Shown here one piece after another: positions 8,879-19,217 of a stretch of 64,000 bases of DNA. The first letter of the stretch is position 1; every line of letters begins with the position of its first letter. A program made the translations under genes and the position numbers. The DNA is from an uncultured Oscillospiraceae bacterium. GTDB lineage: Bacteria > Bacillota > Clostridia > Oscillospirales > Oscillospiraceae. The DNA lies in contig CAMVMU010000002.1 of the NCBI GenBank assembly GCA_947168655.1, positions 15,561-79,560 on the forward strand. Reading direction: 5' to 3'. Under the pieces are notes generated by a model. It made no database searches and was not told where the DNA came from. It saw nothing but the letters and a program-made list of their open reading frames with translations.

Positions 8879-9127
8879 TTATCCCATGCGGCGCTCAGCT
8901 TCATCCACCACCGACATCAGGTGGGATTGCTCGCTGGGACGGTGCATTTGATAGGCATACGGCTCCTTCACCTTTTGGATGGCAAAGGGGATTCTTCCTT
9001 CCCGCAGAGACTGCTTGAGAAAGATGGTGATTGCGGTGGTCAGGTCCAGACCAAACTCGGCAAACAGGGCCTGCGCTTCCTTCTTCAGGTCTTCATCCAG
9101 ACTGATGTTCGTACTGACTTTCGCCAT
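8879..9127 (-). CDS. RelB/DinJ-family antitoxin (orphan)
   Basis: TNISLDEDLKKEAQALFAEFGLDLTTAITIFLKQSLREGRIPF ribbon-helix-helix signature; GGAGGTG RBS. Confidence 0.85.
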   Translation of the reverse strand: MAKVSTNISLDEDLKKEAQALFAEFGLDLTTAITIFLKQSLREGRIPFAIQKVKEPYAYQMHRPSEQSHLMSVVDEAERRMG

Positions 9128-9367
9128 GACAGGCACCTCCTATACAATAATCAAATGAGTTTTGCCGCAGGGCTCTTTCCCTCTGGCAATTCTGTTATAG
9201 CACGTTATATGCGTGTTGTCAATATGCTATGCGCATAATTTTTAAAAAGATTTTGGATTTTTCCTCTGGCGCTGTGCCAAACAGCAGTACTTGCCACGGG
9301 CGCAAAAATCCTCTATAATCCGGCTTAGAAGAAAAGGTTGTATTGACCAAACAGGAGGAACCGGGAG

Positions 9368-10663
9368 ATGGAACTGAAAAGAATGCTGGCGGAGGATATC
9401 GCGTTGGCGCGTCTGGCCGCGGGGGTGGAGACGGTATGGATCAATCCGGGGCGGGTGCCCTTTGCCCGGGCGGAACTCCCCTTTGGCCGGGACGCGGTGG
9501 CGGACGCGGCGGCGCGGCTGGAGCGGTTTGCGCCACTGATCCGGACCTTGTTTCCGGAGACGGGGGACGGCATCATCGAGTCCCCCCTGACGGAGATCCC
9601 GGCCATGGGTTCGCGTCTGGGCTGCGGACGGCTGTTTCTGAAGCGGGACAGCGATCTGGCGGTGGCCGGATCGGTAAAGGCCCGGGGCGGCATCTATGAG
9701 GTCCTCAAGCACAGTGAGACTCTGGCGCTGGAGGCCGGTCTGCTGACCGGGTACCATGACGATTACACCCGCCTTGCCGCACCGGATGCCCGCGCCTTTT
9801 TCGCCAGGCGGAAGGTGCAGGTGGGTTCCACCGGCAATCTGGGCGTATCCATCGGGATCATGAGCGCCGCCCTGGGCTATCAGGCCGTGGTCCACATGTC
9901 GGCGGACGCCAAGCAGTGGAAAAAAGACTATCTCCGCGCCCACGGCGTCACGGTAGTCGAATACGCCGGCGACTATGGCCGGGCGGTGGAGCAGGGCAGG
10001 GCGGAATCCGACGCCGACCCTATGAGCTACTTTGTGGATGACGAAAACTCCAAGGACCTGTTCTTCGGCTACGCCGTGGCGGCGGATCGGCTGGCGCGTC
10101 AGTTGGCGGCGGCAAACGTTGCTGTGGACGGCGGCCACCCCCTGTTCGTCTACATACCCTGCGGGGTGGGCGGCGCGCCGGGGGGCATTGCCTTTGGCTT
10201 GAAGCTCCTTTACGGCGACAACGTCCACGTGTTTTTCGTGGAGCCCACCCAGGCGCCCTGTATGCTTTTGGGGCTGGCCACGGGGCTGCACAACGCCGTC
10301 TGTGTCCAGGATGCCGGTCTCACCGGTCTCACCCATGCCGACGGGCTGGCGGTGGGACGCCCCTCCGGCTTCGTGGGCAGGCTCATGGCGCCCCTGCTCT
10401 CCGGTGAGATGACGGTGGCGGACGGACGGCTCTATGACTATCTGCGCGCGCTGTGGGACAGCCAGGGGATCTTCATTGAACCCAGTGCCTGCGCCGCCTT
10501 TCAGGGCGCTGCGGCGGCGGTCACTGCGCCGGAGATGGCGGACTACGCCCGTGAAAACGGTCTGGACATAACCCAGGTCACCCATATCGCCTGGGCGACC
10601 GGCGGCGCGCTGGTGCCCCAGGAACAGCGGCAGGCCTTTCTGCAAACCGTTCTCCCCGTTTAA
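9368..10663 (+). CDS. dsdA: D-serine ammonia-lyase
   Basis: [44 protein letters not shown]. Confidence 0.93.
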   Translation: MELKRMLAEDIALARLAAGVETVWINPGRVPFARAELPFGRDAVADAAARLERFAPLIRTLFPETGDGIIESPLTEIPAMGSRLGCGRLFLKRDSDLAVAGSVKARGGIYEVLKHSETLALEAGLLTGYHDDYTRLAAPDARAFFARRKVQVGSTGNLGVSIGIMSAALGYQAVVHMSADAKQWKKDYLRAHGVTVVEYAGDYGRAVEQGRAESDADPMSYFVDDENSKDLFFGYAVAADRLARQLAAANVAVDGGHPLFVYIPCGVGGAPGGIAFGLKLLYGDNVHVFFVEPTQAPCMLLGLATGLHNAVCVQDAGLTGLTHADGLAVGRPSGFVGRLMAPLLSGEMTVADGRLYDYLRALWDSQGIFIEPSACAAFQGAAAAVTAPEMADYARENGLDITQVTHIAWATGGALVPQEQRQAFLQTVLPV

Positions 10664-10684
10664 TGCGGGCCGGATTAACCATAC

Positions 10685-10725
10685 AAAAGCAGAGCCGAGA
10701 ATCGGACCGTCTCGGCTCTGCTTTT
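10685..10725. terminator. Bidirectional terminator
   Basis: AAAAGCAGAGCCGAGA...TCTCGGCTCTGCTTTT. Confidence 0.8.
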
Positions 10726-10743
10726 CCATACAGTGTATCTTTT

Positions 10744-12078
10744 TTATCCCATTTTCATCCGCAGGATCCGCAGCACACTCTCGTCCAGCCGCTCCTCCGG
10801 GATCTGACCGCTCTCCACGGCGGAGAGCAGGCTCTCGAATGCCTCCACATAGTTTCCCGGCATGAGCACCACGTCATTGCCCGCCTCAAAAGCCAGCACG
10901 GCGGCCTGTCCCGCCGTGTACCGTTTGGCAACTGCGCCCATGGACAGGGAGTCGGTAAGGATCAGCCCCTCGTAACCCAGCTCCCGCCGCAGCTTATCGT
11001 GAATCAGCTCCCGGGACAGGGACGCCGGCAGACCGTCATCGGTCACGTTGGGCAGATTGATATGAGCCACCATCACCGCGTCCGAGGCATCCAGATTGCG
11101 AATAAACGGAATCAGCTCCGCCCCGCGCAGCTCTTCCCAGGTTTTTTGCACCGTGACGGTGCCGTAATGGCTGTCGGCCTCGGTATCTCCGTGGCCGGGG
11201 AAATGCTTGAGCACGCCCCGCACACCGCGGCTGTGAAGTCCCTGCAGATAGGCCTCCACCATGGGCGCCACCGCATCCGGATCGCTGCCGAAGGCCCGGT
11301 CCCCGATGACCACGTTCTGGGGGTTGGTGTTCATGTCGGCCACCGGGGCCAGATCCATGGTAAAGCCGTACTCCGCCAGATACGCGCCGATCTGTGCGGC
11401 GGCGGCGCGGACAAGCTGCGGATCCCCCGACGCGGCCAGGGACTCCATGCTGCCTACCCTCGGCACATCAAAGTTGGGATTTCCGCCGATGCGGGCAACA
11501 CGGCCGCCCTCCTCGTCTATGGTGATCACCGGCTCCACCTTGCCGGCGGCGCGCAGCCGGCCGGTCAGATCTTTGAGCTGGGCCGGCGTTTCGATATTCC
11601 CGGCAAACAGCACAAAGCCGCCGGCCGGATATTGCTCCATCGTCCGCACCATCTCATCGGTCACAGCCGTCACGCGGGGGATATTCTTGCCGGCGATGTT
11701 TCTGCCGGCCATGCCGGGATCCAGCTGCTCCGGAATGATCCAGATGACCTGTCCCACCTTTTCCCGCAGGGACATCTGAGACAGGAGCTGCTTCGCCGGA
11801 TCCTTCTCATCCGGCTCTTCCGGCTCCTCCGGCTCCTCCGGTTCTTCCGGCTCCTCGGGTTCCTCTGGTTCTTCCGGTTCCTCAGGCTGAACCGGTTCAT
11901 CGGGCTGCTCTGGTTCTTCCGGTTCCTCGGGCTGGACCGGTTCATCGGGCTGCTCTGGTTCCACAGGGACTGGCGGATCGGGTCGAACGGGGGCCTCGGT
12001 GCGGATGACACACAGCACCAGCAGCAAAGACGCCAGCACCAGAGTGCAGGCCACTGCCAGAACGCCCTTTTTCATCAT
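10744..12078 (-). CDS. Secreted GH3 beta-N-acetylhexosaminidase-like protein with Pro/Glu linker
   Basis: IDEEGGRV, LAPVAD, KHFPGHG..DSH, ILTDSLSM; N-terminal hydrophobic segment. Confidence 0.9.
   Translation of the reverse strand: MMKKGVLAVACTLVLASLLLVLCVIRTEAPVRPDPPVPVEPEQPDEPVQPEEPEEPEQPDEPVQPEEPEEPEEPEEPEEPEEPEEPEEPDEKDPAKQLLSQMSLREKVGQVIWIIPEQLDPGMAGRNIAGKNIPRVTAVTDEMVRTMEQYPAGGFVLFAGNIETPAQLKDLTGRLRAAGKVEPVITIDEEGGRVARIGGNPNFDVPRVGSMESLAASGDPQLVRAAAAQIGAYLAEYGFTMDLAPVADMNTNPQNVVIGDRAFGSDPDAVAPMVEAYLQGLHSRGVRGVLKHFPGHGDTEADSHYGTVTVQKTWEELRGAELIPFIRNLDASDAVMVAHINLPNVTDDGLPASLSRELIHDKLRRELGYEGLILTDSLSMGAVAKRYTAGQAAVLAFEAGNDVVLMPGNYVEAFESLLSAVESGQIPEERLDESVLRILRMKMG
11811..11962 (-). repeat. 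Coding tandem repeat (PEE/PEQ/PDE units)
   Basis: Degenerate 9-bp units plus a 45-bp duplication encoding EPEQPDEPVQPEEPE. Confidence 0.85.
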
Positions 12079-12160
12079 CCGTCACCCCTCTCGTTTTTCT
12101 ACATTATACGACAAGCCGGCGCAAAGGACAAGATATCTTTGCCGCGCAGCGGACGAAAGA

Positions 12161-12194
12161 AAAGATCCCGGAGCCCTACGGCTCCGGGATCTTC
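12161..12194 (-). terminator. Terminator after the sugar operon
   Basis: AAGATCCCGGAGCC-CTAC-GGCTCCGGGATCTT. Confidence 0.75.
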
Positions 12195-12206
12195 GGTTGC
12201 TGCAGA

Positions 12207-13628
12207 TTACTCCTCCGTCTTGTTCTCCAGCTGGGTGTTGATCTCGCTCATCTTCTGATCGGTCAGGATGAAGCGCTTTCTAAACCAGAACAGGGCAATG
12301 AACAATCCGATGATGGGGATGATGGTCATGGTCATGCGCAGACCCGCCTTGGAGGCGGCGGACACGCCCAGGGACCAGTCCACCAGCTTGTCAGCCTCGG
12401 AGACCTCGGTACCCGCCTGGAGCTTGTTGATGCTCAGGCAGATGGACGCCACCAGCGCGGCCACGCCGGAGGCCAGCTTCACCACGAATGTCTGCATGGA
12501 GAAGATAACGGACTCATCCCGGCGGCCGTTCTTCAGCTGGCCGTAATCCACGGTGTTGGCCAGGAACACAGTGGTGATGACGGTCAGCATGCCGTTGGCG
12601 GCGAAGATAAAGAAGGCGGGGACAAACAGCAGATACACCACGGACATATTGGTGAAGGCCAGGCCCAGCAGCACGGCGTAGCCGGCAATGGCCATGCCCA
12701 GGCAGATATAGAAGATCTGCAGGCTGGAGAACTTCTTGCGCAGCAGGGGATAGAACAGCATCATGCTCAGCACCTGGATAGCGCCGCCGAACATGTTGAA
12801 CAGCACATAGGCATCGTTCCAGCCGGTGGTACCGAAGTCATACTTGAAGAAATAGATGACCAGGTTGGAGGTGATGTAGATGGCGCAGTTAATCAGGACA
12901 ATGGTAATGGTGACGGTCATGGCCTGGTCGTTCTGCAGCAGGGCCTTGAACATCTGCTTGACAGAGACGGTCTTCATCTCGGCGGTGGACTTCTCCTTGA
13001 CGTTGATGCACGTGAGCACCGTGAAGAGGATGAACAGGATGGCCACGATCAGGGCAAAGTACTTGAAGCCCACAATCTCAATGCCCTTGGCGCCCTGACC
13101 TCCGAACATCTCGCCCAGCCGGGGCACCAGCAGCATGGTGACAATCGTGATGATGGCGCTGCCCACGCCGGCGCTGGTGCGGGCCAGGGTGGTGAGGTTT
13201 TCACGCTCTTTGCCGCCCTCGGTGAAGGCGGGGATCATGGACCAGTAGGGAATGTCCATCATGGTATAGGTGACGCCCCAGAGGATATAGGCCACGGCGG
13301 CGTAGGCGACGAGCCCCTTGGCGTCCATGGTGGGAGGCGCCGCGAACATCAGGAACAGCACCACGGCGTTGGTGAGGGTGCCGATCAGCAGCCAGGGGCG
13401 GAACTTGCCCCAGCGGGTCTTGGTCTTGGCCACGATGACGCCCATGAGGGGGTCGTTGAAGGCGTCGAACACACGGGCCACCAACAGGATAACGCCCATG
13501 GCCATGGCGCTGACGCCCAGCAGATCCTGAAAATAGTACAGGACGTAGCTGGCCGAAAGCATGTAAACCATGTCCTTGCCCACCGCGCCGAGGGCATAGG
13601 ACAGCTTGGCTTTGCCGGATAGTTTCAT
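12207..13628 (-). CDS. GPH-family (MelB/LacS-like) sugar:cation symporter
   Basis: DAFNDPLMG, TRWGKFRPW, MDIPYWSM, VDYGQLKNGRR; many TM helices; start could be 13649. Confidence 0.92.
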   Translation of the reverse strand: MKLSGKAKLSYALGAVGKDMVYMLSASYVLYYFQDLLGVSAMAMGVILLVARVFDAFNDPLMGVIVAKTKTRWGKFRPWLLIGTLTNAVVLFLMFAAPPTMDAKGLVAYAAVAYILWGVTYTMMDIPYWSMIPAFTEGGKERENLTTLARTSAGVGSAIITIVTMLLVPRLGEMFGGQGAKGIEIVGFKYFALIVAILFILFTVLTCINVKEKSTAEMKTVSVKQMFKALLQNDQAMTVTITIVLINCAIYITSNLVIYFFKYDFGTTGWNDAYVLFNMFGGAIQVLSMMLFYPLLRKKFSSLQIFYICLGMAIAGYAVLLGLAFTNMSVVYLLFVPAFFIFAANGMLTVITTVFLANTVDYGQLKNGRRDESVIFSMQTFVVKLASGVAALVASICLSINKLQAGTEVSEADKLVDWSLGVSAASKAGLRMTMTIIPIIGLFIALFWFRKRFILTDQKMSEINTQLENKTEE

Positions 13629-13649
13629 GATTTCTCTCTCCTTAAACAC

Positions 13650-15116
13650 TTATTTGTTCTTCAGGCCCATGGCGATCTCGACCACCTTGTAGGCGCCGTC
13701 GTAGATGCCCATGGCCTTGTTGCGCACGATGTTGTTGCACATATCCCGCAGCGTCACACCGTCGGTCATAAACAGCTCGATCATCTGCAGGGTGTGGGGG
13801 ATGTCCCGGCACTCCAGGGTGCCGTCGCCGATCTCGGCGGAGTGGACGGCGCCCCACTGCTCGTGGCCGCCGATGCGGCGGATGAACAGCTTGGGCACGG
13901 GGTAGAAGGCCAGCTCGCTGGGCTTGGTCACCAGCACGTCGCAGCTGCGCATCAGCAGATTGGTGGCGTACACCGCCTGGAAGATGTTGCCGTGATAGAA
14001 GGCGTGGACGCCGTTGACGTCGCCGGTGATGGCCTCGCCCGCGAACTTCTGGGTCTCGGCCCAGTCCTCAAAGTGCTCAGTGGAGACGCCGGGCAGGCCC
14101 GGGATCTCCCGCACCAGTTCATCCCACACGTTGCGGTAGTCGCCCACGTTGACGTAGAGCGCGGCCTTGCCGCCCTCGATCATGGGCAGCAGGTAGTGAA
14201 TGATGGCGGCGAAGATCTCCTTCTGGGCGCCGGCACCGCCGATGGTCAGCAGGAAGCGCATGGGTTTGCCCTGCTCCTTTCGGGCCATGCGGGCAGCGCA
14301 GTCGGACTCGATATTGGCCACCAGCTCGTCGTCGATGTAATGGCCGGTGTAGATCAGGCTGTCCTCCGGCATGGGCTTGAGTACCTCGTCGCCCCGCATG
14401 CCGTTGAGGACGCGATAGCCCTGGTAGGCGAAATGGGTCTGGATGGTGTGGACGCTGCCCTCGGCCAGGTGGAGCGCCATGGGCCAGTTGTCGGGGATGG
14501 CGTTGACCACGTACTTCATGCCGGCGTGGATGGCGGCCTGGGCGGGCCAGACGTGGGTGCCAATGACGGGGATCTCCTTGGGCACATTCTGGAACACGGG
14601 GGCCATCAGCTCGGCGTTCTTCTGGTCGGAGGAGTTGTAGCTGAGCTTGCGGAAGCCCTCATAGTTCATGGGCTCCCAGACCAGCTTGTTGAACAGCTTG
14701 CTCTTCTGGGAGATACGGGAGCCCAGGGAGTAGAGATCGTTCTGGGCGCCGATGACCTTGGTGCAGGTGGTGTCGGGGTAGGAGTTCAGGTCCATCCAGT
14801 AGGGCTGATAGCCCAGGGCCCGGGCGGCGGAGGCCATGGCCATGGAGATGCGGTAGTGGCCGAAGCCCATGCGGATGTTGCCCACGATGACGCCCTTTTC
14901 GGTGTCAAAGGGGGCGTCGCCCTGACCGTCCTGAATGCGGATATCCCGCACGCCCAGCAGGGGGCCGATGTGGGGGTTCTCCACCACGATAGCGGGATGG
15001 GGCGCGCCGGTGTCATCGCCGAACTTGCGGGCGTACTTTGCCTTGGATTTCGCCGCCTTGCGGTAGTCGCCGTCCGAGATGACGTTGCCGAAGATGATCT
15101 TGGATTTGTCTTGCAT
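13650..15116 (-). CDS. Uncharacterised protein with GT-B glycosyltransferase-like motifs
   Basis: GFGHYR, THVWP, LTIGGAG, DVLVTKPSEL reminiscent of MGDG synthase/UgtP; GGAGG RBS. Confidence 0.6.
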   Translation of the reverse strand: MQDKSKIIFGNVISDGDYRKAAKSKAKYARKFGDDTGAPHPAIVVENPHIGPLLGVRDIRIQDGQGDAPFDTEKGVIVGNIRMGFGHYRISMAMASAARALGYQPYWMDLNSYPDTTCTKVIGAQNDLYSLGSRISQKSKLFNKLVWEPMNYEGFRKLSYNSSDQKNAELMAPVFQNVPKEIPVIGTHVWPAQAAIHAGMKYVVNAIPDNWPMALHLAEGSVHTIQTHFAYQGYRVLNGMRGDEVLKPMPEDSLIYTGHYIDDELVANIESDCAARMARKEQGKPMRFLLTIGGAGAQKEIFAAIIHYLLPMIEGGKAALYVNVGDYRNVWDELVREIPGLPGVSTEHFEDWAETQKFAGEAITGDVNGVHAFYHGNIFQAVYATNLLMRSCDVLVTKPSELAFYPVPKLFIRRIGGHEQWGAVHSAEIGDGTLECRDIPHTLQMIELFMTDGVTLRDMCNNIVRNKAMGIYDGAYKVVEIAMGLKNK

Positions 15117-15126
15117 AGGCCCTCCT

Positions 15127-17520
15127 TTATTGCTCTGTCTCAATATGGAATGGAATACGTACCGGTTCGGCCAGACCGCAGCGGAGCGTCAATGCGCCCT
15201 CGCCGCCCTGGCCGGTGGTTTTCACGTAGGTGCCGCCGCAGCCGCCCCGCAGCTGCAGGAGTTTCGGCCCGATAATCTCAAGGGGTCCCTCCACAGCCAA
15301 CTCCACCGCCTCGTTGCAGAAGGGGAGGCGGTTGCCGTTTTGGTCCCGGGCGGTGACCCGGATGGCGGCAACGTCGTAGGCTGCGCCCTCCCGCAGGTCG
15401 GTGTGGTCCGCCTTCACGTCCAGTACCATCCGGCGCATGGGCGTCTTCTCCACGGTCTTTACCACCTTGCCGTCCTTCACGGCCTCAAAGCGGAAGGTGA
15501 CCGCCACGTCGCCCCAGTTGCCGATGTACTTGCCGTACAGGTCGTAGGCGTCCTGGAAGGTCATATGATACTTGGCCATGGCCACACCGGCCTTGGCCAG
15601 GATCCTGGGCGGCAGCTTGGCAAAGCCGTTGACCGCGCTGTAATTGAGGATATCCTTCACCAGTTTTGCCTGCTTGGGCAGCATACCCTCCTCCTGCTCC
15701 AGCCGGGGGCCGATAAAATCGGTGATGAGAATGGGACCCCGGCGCAGGTGGGGGAAGGGGCTGTCCTTGTGGGTGTACTCGTGGAGCAGCAGGCCGTTGC
15801 GGTACATCCGCACGCTGTCGGCATTGGTAAGAACGTAAATCTTGCCCAGATTGCTGGCGGGGTGCTCGCCGATGGCCATGTCGGAGCTGATCTCCAGCAC
15901 GGGCGTTTCGTCCTGTTCCACCGCGTAGACCGCCGCAGCCGGCTTTGGGTTGCGGTACATATCCAGCACGCCGTGGTAGCAGATGCGGTCGCCGCTGCCA
16001 AAATCCTGATGGGTGTTGTAGTCCGCCATGCACCAGCCGAAGCTGCCGGCGATGTCGTCCTCCGCCGCCACCGCATCCAGCACCGCAGCGTGGCGCAGGC
16101 TGTGCTCGGCAAGGTGGGGCTCACTGTCGAACATTTTTGTGGGAAACATATGGCCGTTATACTCGCTGATGAGGTAGGCCTTCGCCATGTCCGAAGTTAC
16201 GTTTTTCTTGGGCTCACAGCCCTTCTGTTCGCCGTCGTGAACGAAGTCGTTGTAGGTGTATACGTCCTCCAGCAGGTGGCTCTTCTTGCTGCACCGCACG
16301 CCGCCGGTGGGGCGGGTGGGATCCAGGGCGTGGGCCGTCTCGTTGGTTTTGGTGTAAAGCTCATCGTCGTCCTTGGACTCATTGATGCGGACGCCCCAGA
16401 GAATGACGGAGGGGTGGTTGCGGTACTGGGTCACCATCTCGGTGACGTTGTCCACCGCCTGACGCCGCCAGGCGTCGCTGGGTCCGATATGCTGCCAGCC
16501 GGGGATCTCGGTGAACACCAGCAATCCCAGCTCATCGCAGCGGTCGATAAAGTGGTGGGACTGGGGATAGTGGGAGGTGCGCACGGCGTTGAGCCCCAGC
16601 TCCTTTTTGAGAATATCCGCGTCCAGCCGCTGGACGGAGGCGGGCATGGCATAGCCCACGTAGGGGTAGCTCTGATGGCGGTTGAGGCCCCGGAGCTTCA
16701 CCTTGCGTCCGTTGAGATAGAACCCGTCGGCTTCGAACCGGGCCTCCCGGAAGCCGATGCGGACCGTGTGGCGGTCCAGCACCTCCGTGCCCCGCAGCAG
16801 CTCCGTAGTCAGGGTGTAGAGGGTGGGGTGTTCGATGTCCCACGCTCGGACGTCCGGCGTCTTCAGTGTCACGGGAGCAACCGGCTTCCCGGCGCTGTCC
16901 AGCGCCGTGATCTTTTCCGCCGCCTTTTCTCCCGCCAGCATCAGCGTCTGCCGGATGGAGTATCCGTCACCGTCCAGTCCGCTGCACTGCACGTCGCTCT
17001 CCACCGTACCGTCCAACCGCGGTTTGGCGAACACGTCTGTGATATGGGCACGCTCCTTAACGTCCAGCCAGACCTCCCTGTAGAGGCCGCCGTAGGTCAT
17101 GTAGTCGATGACGAAGCCGAAGGGCGGCTGATCCAGCGTCTCGCGGCTGTCCACCCGGACGGCCAGCAGATGAGTGCGTCCAGGCGTCGCCTTGCCGGTG
17201 AGATCCACGGTAAAGGCGGTGTAGCCGCAGCGGTGCTCCGCCAGCAGCTCCCCGTCCAGATACACCCGGGCAGCGTGACCTGCGGCGCCGAAGGTCAGCA
17301 GCAGGCACTTGTCCGCCCATTCCGGCAGCACGGTCAGGGTGCGCCGGTAGAGGCAGTCCATCTGATAGACGGACTCGTCAAAGTAGTCGTATGGTGTTTC
17401 CCGGCAGGTGTGGGGCAGGCGGACGGGCACAAAGCCCCCTGCGCTCCGGTCAGTCAGCGCCGCCTCGGTGAAGACCTCGGCGAATTCCCAGCCGTTGTTC
17501 AGGTCGAAATGCTGCGTCAT
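15127..17520 (-). CDS. GH2 beta-galactosidase
   Basis: LRGLNRHQ, NAVRTSHYP, NHPSVILWGVRINES, ISEYNGH. Confidence 0.93.
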   Translation of the reverse strand: MTQHFDLNNGWEFAEVFTEAALTDRSAGGFVPVRLPHTCRETPYDYFDESVYQMDCLYRRTLTVLPEWADKCLLLTFGAAGHAARVYLDGELLAEHRCGYTAFTVDLTGKATPGRTHLLAVRVDSRETLDQPPFGFVIDYMTYGGLYREVWLDVKERAHITDVFAKPRLDGTVESDVQCSGLDGDGYSIRQTLMLAGEKAAEKITALDSAGKPVAPVTLKTPDVRAWDIEHPTLYTLTTELLRGTEVLDRHTVRIGFREARFEADGFYLNGRKVKLRGLNRHQSYPYVGYAMPASVQRLDADILKKELGLNAVRTSHYPQSHHFIDRCDELGLLVFTEIPGWQHIGPSDAWRRQAVDNVTEMVTQYRNHPSVILWGVRINESKDDDELYTKTNETAHALDPTRPTGGVRCSKKSHLLEDVYTYNDFVHDGEQKGCEPKKNVTSDMAKAYLISEYNGHMFPTKMFDSEPHLAEHSLRHAAVLDAVAAEDDIAGSFGWCMADYNTHQDFGSGDRICYHGVLDMYRNPKPAAAVYAVEQDETPVLEISSDMAIGEHPASNLGKIYVLTNADSVRMYRNGLLLHEYTHKDSPFPHLRRGPILITDFIGPRLEQEEGMLPKQAKLVKDILNYSAVNGFAKLPPRILAKAGVAMAKYHMTFQDAYDLYGKYIGNWGDVAVTFRFEAVKDGKVVKTVEKTPMRRMVLDVKADHTDLREGAAYDVAAIRVTARDQNGNRLPFCNEAVELAVEGPLEIIGPKLLQLRGGCGGTYVKTTGQGGEGALTLRCGLAEPVRIPFHIETEQ

Positions 17521-17789
17521 GGCACCGCTCCTCTCTGCCGTCCGCGCCGGTTCCATCCTCTTTCGTGGCGCGCACTTTCATACATTATTTGATTATTATA
17601 TCATCCCTCAGGGGTGCTGACAATAACTGAAAATGACAAAAACAGGCTCTGCCATATGGACACATTGCAATAAGCCCTGGTCTTTTGGGGTAAAAAAGCG
17701 GTCATTTTTGCTTGACTTATTCCGCTCCATCCGTCATCATAAAGGGGAAGGGATCCATAGTTTTAACGCGATGAATGGAGGTAACGGCT

Positions 17790-18911
17790 ATGATGCCCAA
17801 CCAGTTTTTCCCCGAGGTCAACGGCAATTTCGGCTTTGGCTGCATGCGCCTGCCCATGATCGAAAAAGAGGTGGACCTGCCCCAGTTCGAGCAGATGGTG
17901 GACCAGTTCCTCGCCGCCGGCTTCAACTATTTCGACACCGCCCACGGCTACATCGGCGGCAAGAGCGAGACCGCCATCCGGGACGGCCTCAGCCGCCGCT
18001 ATCCCCGGGACCGCTTCATCCTCACCGACAAGCTCACCGCCCCCTATTTCAACAGCGAGGCGGACATTCTCCCCCTGTTTGAAAAGCAGCTGGAGGCCTG
18101 CGGGGTGGCGTATTTTGACTTCTACCTGATGCACGCCCAGAACGCCGACAACTTCCAGAAATTCAAGGCCTGCCGGGCCTACGAGACGGCGTTTGCCCTG
18201 AAAGAGCAGGGACGCGTCCGCCACGTGGGCATCTCCTTCCACGACAAGGCCACCGTACTGGAGCAGATCCTCACCGAGTACCCCCAGATCGAGGTGGTGC
18301 AGATCCAGTTCAACTATGCCGACTATGACGACGCCTCCGTGGAGAGCAAAAAGGTCTATGACGTGTGCGAGAAGTATGGAAAGCCGGTCATCGTCATGGA
18401 GCCGGTGAAGGGCGGCAACCTGGTGAAGCTGCCCGAGGAGGCCCACCGCGTTCTGGCCGATCTGAACGGCGGAAGCGACGCCAGCTATGCCATCCGCTTT
18501 GCCGCCAGCTTCCCCCAGATGTTCATGGTGCTCAGCGGCATGAGCAACACCGCACAGATGGCGGACAACGTCAGTTTTATGAAGGACTTCCGCCCGCTGG
18601 ACCAGCGGGAGCGCGCCGCCGTGGATAAGGTGTGCGAGATCTTCCGCAGCATGAATCTCATCCCCTGCACCGACTGCCGCTACTGCACGGACGGCTGCCC
18701 CATGGGCATCCGCATCCCCCGGCTGTTCTCCTGCATGAATTCCAAGAAACGGTTCCAGGACTGGAATGCGGATTTCTATTACGAAACCATCACCTCCAAG
18801 ACCGCCAAGGCCTCCGACTGCGTCCAGTGCGGTCAGTGCGAGGAGGCCTGCCCCCAGCACCTGCCCATTCGCGAGCTGCTGCAGCAGGTGGCGGCGGAGT
18901 TTGAGAAGTAA
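17790..18911 (+). CDS. Aldo/keto reductase with C-terminal 4Fe-4S dicluster
   Basis: GFGCMRLP, FDTAHGY, MEPVKGG, CTDCRYC...CP and CVQCGQCEEACP. Confidence 0.92.
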   Translation: MMPNQFFPEVNGNFGFGCMRLPMIEKEVDLPQFEQMVDQFLAAGFNYFDTAHGYIGGKSETAIRDGLSRRYPRDRFILTDKLTAPYFNSEADILPLFEKQLEACGVAYFDFYLMHAQNADNFQKFKACRAYETAFALKEQGRVRHVGISFHDKATVLEQILTEYPQIEVVQIQFNYADYDDASVESKKVYDVCEKYGKPVIVMEPVKGGNLVKLPEEAHRVLADLNGGSDASYAIRFAASFPQMFMVLSGMSNTAQMADNVSFMKDFRPLDQRERAAVDKVCEIFRSMNLIPCTDCRYCTDGCPMGIRIPRLFSCMNSKKRFQDWNADFYYETITSKTAKASDCVQCGQCEEACPQHLPIRELLQQVAAEFEK

Positions 18912-18927
18912 TATACGTCCGGGGCAA

Positions 18928-18968
18928 CAAAAAACCGGGTCTGCGCCATCGGCGCAGACCCGGTTTTC
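18928..18968. terminator. Bidirectional terminator
   Basis: AAAACCGGGTCTGCGCC-ATC-GGCGCAGACCCGGTTTT. Confidence 0.85.
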
Positions 18969-18973
18969 TCTTG

Positions 18974-19126
18974 TCAGTCCGCAAAATCCTCTTCGCTTGC
19001 TTCTTCGTCCAGCTTTCGCTGCTCCTGGTCCAGCCACTCGCCCGCTTTCTTCATCAGCTTCAGGCACAGGGCGGACGCAGCGCCCAAAAGCGCCAGCGCG
19101 ATGGCAATCTCCGCTTTCTTCTTCAT
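18974..19126 (-). CDS. Small membrane-anchored protein (50 aa)
   Basis: AAGGAGG RBS, MKKK plus hydrophobic helix and acidic tail. Confidence 0.6.
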   Translation of the reverse strand: MKKKAEIAIALALLGAASALCLKLMKKAGEWLDQEQRKLDEEASEEDFAD

Positions 19127-19217
19127 GGGATGACCTCCTTTTTGATCCGGGTGATCCTCTCTCGGGGGCATCATAGCACGAAGAGTGAACGGTTGCAAGT
19201 GCCGATGGGCAAATTTC

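Noticed and set aside
11811-11962. CRISPR-like or DGR-like repeat
   Set aside because: In-frame Pro/Glu linker repeats with no unique spacers, and no cas or reverse transcriptase genes in the window
15079-17592. Long antisense ORFs (also 1002-2687, 10663-12258, 13794-15275, 28982-30508, 41728-43407, 48609-49985)
   Set aside because: Shadow frames of GC-rich genes with no recognisable motifs, overlapping well-supported CDSs
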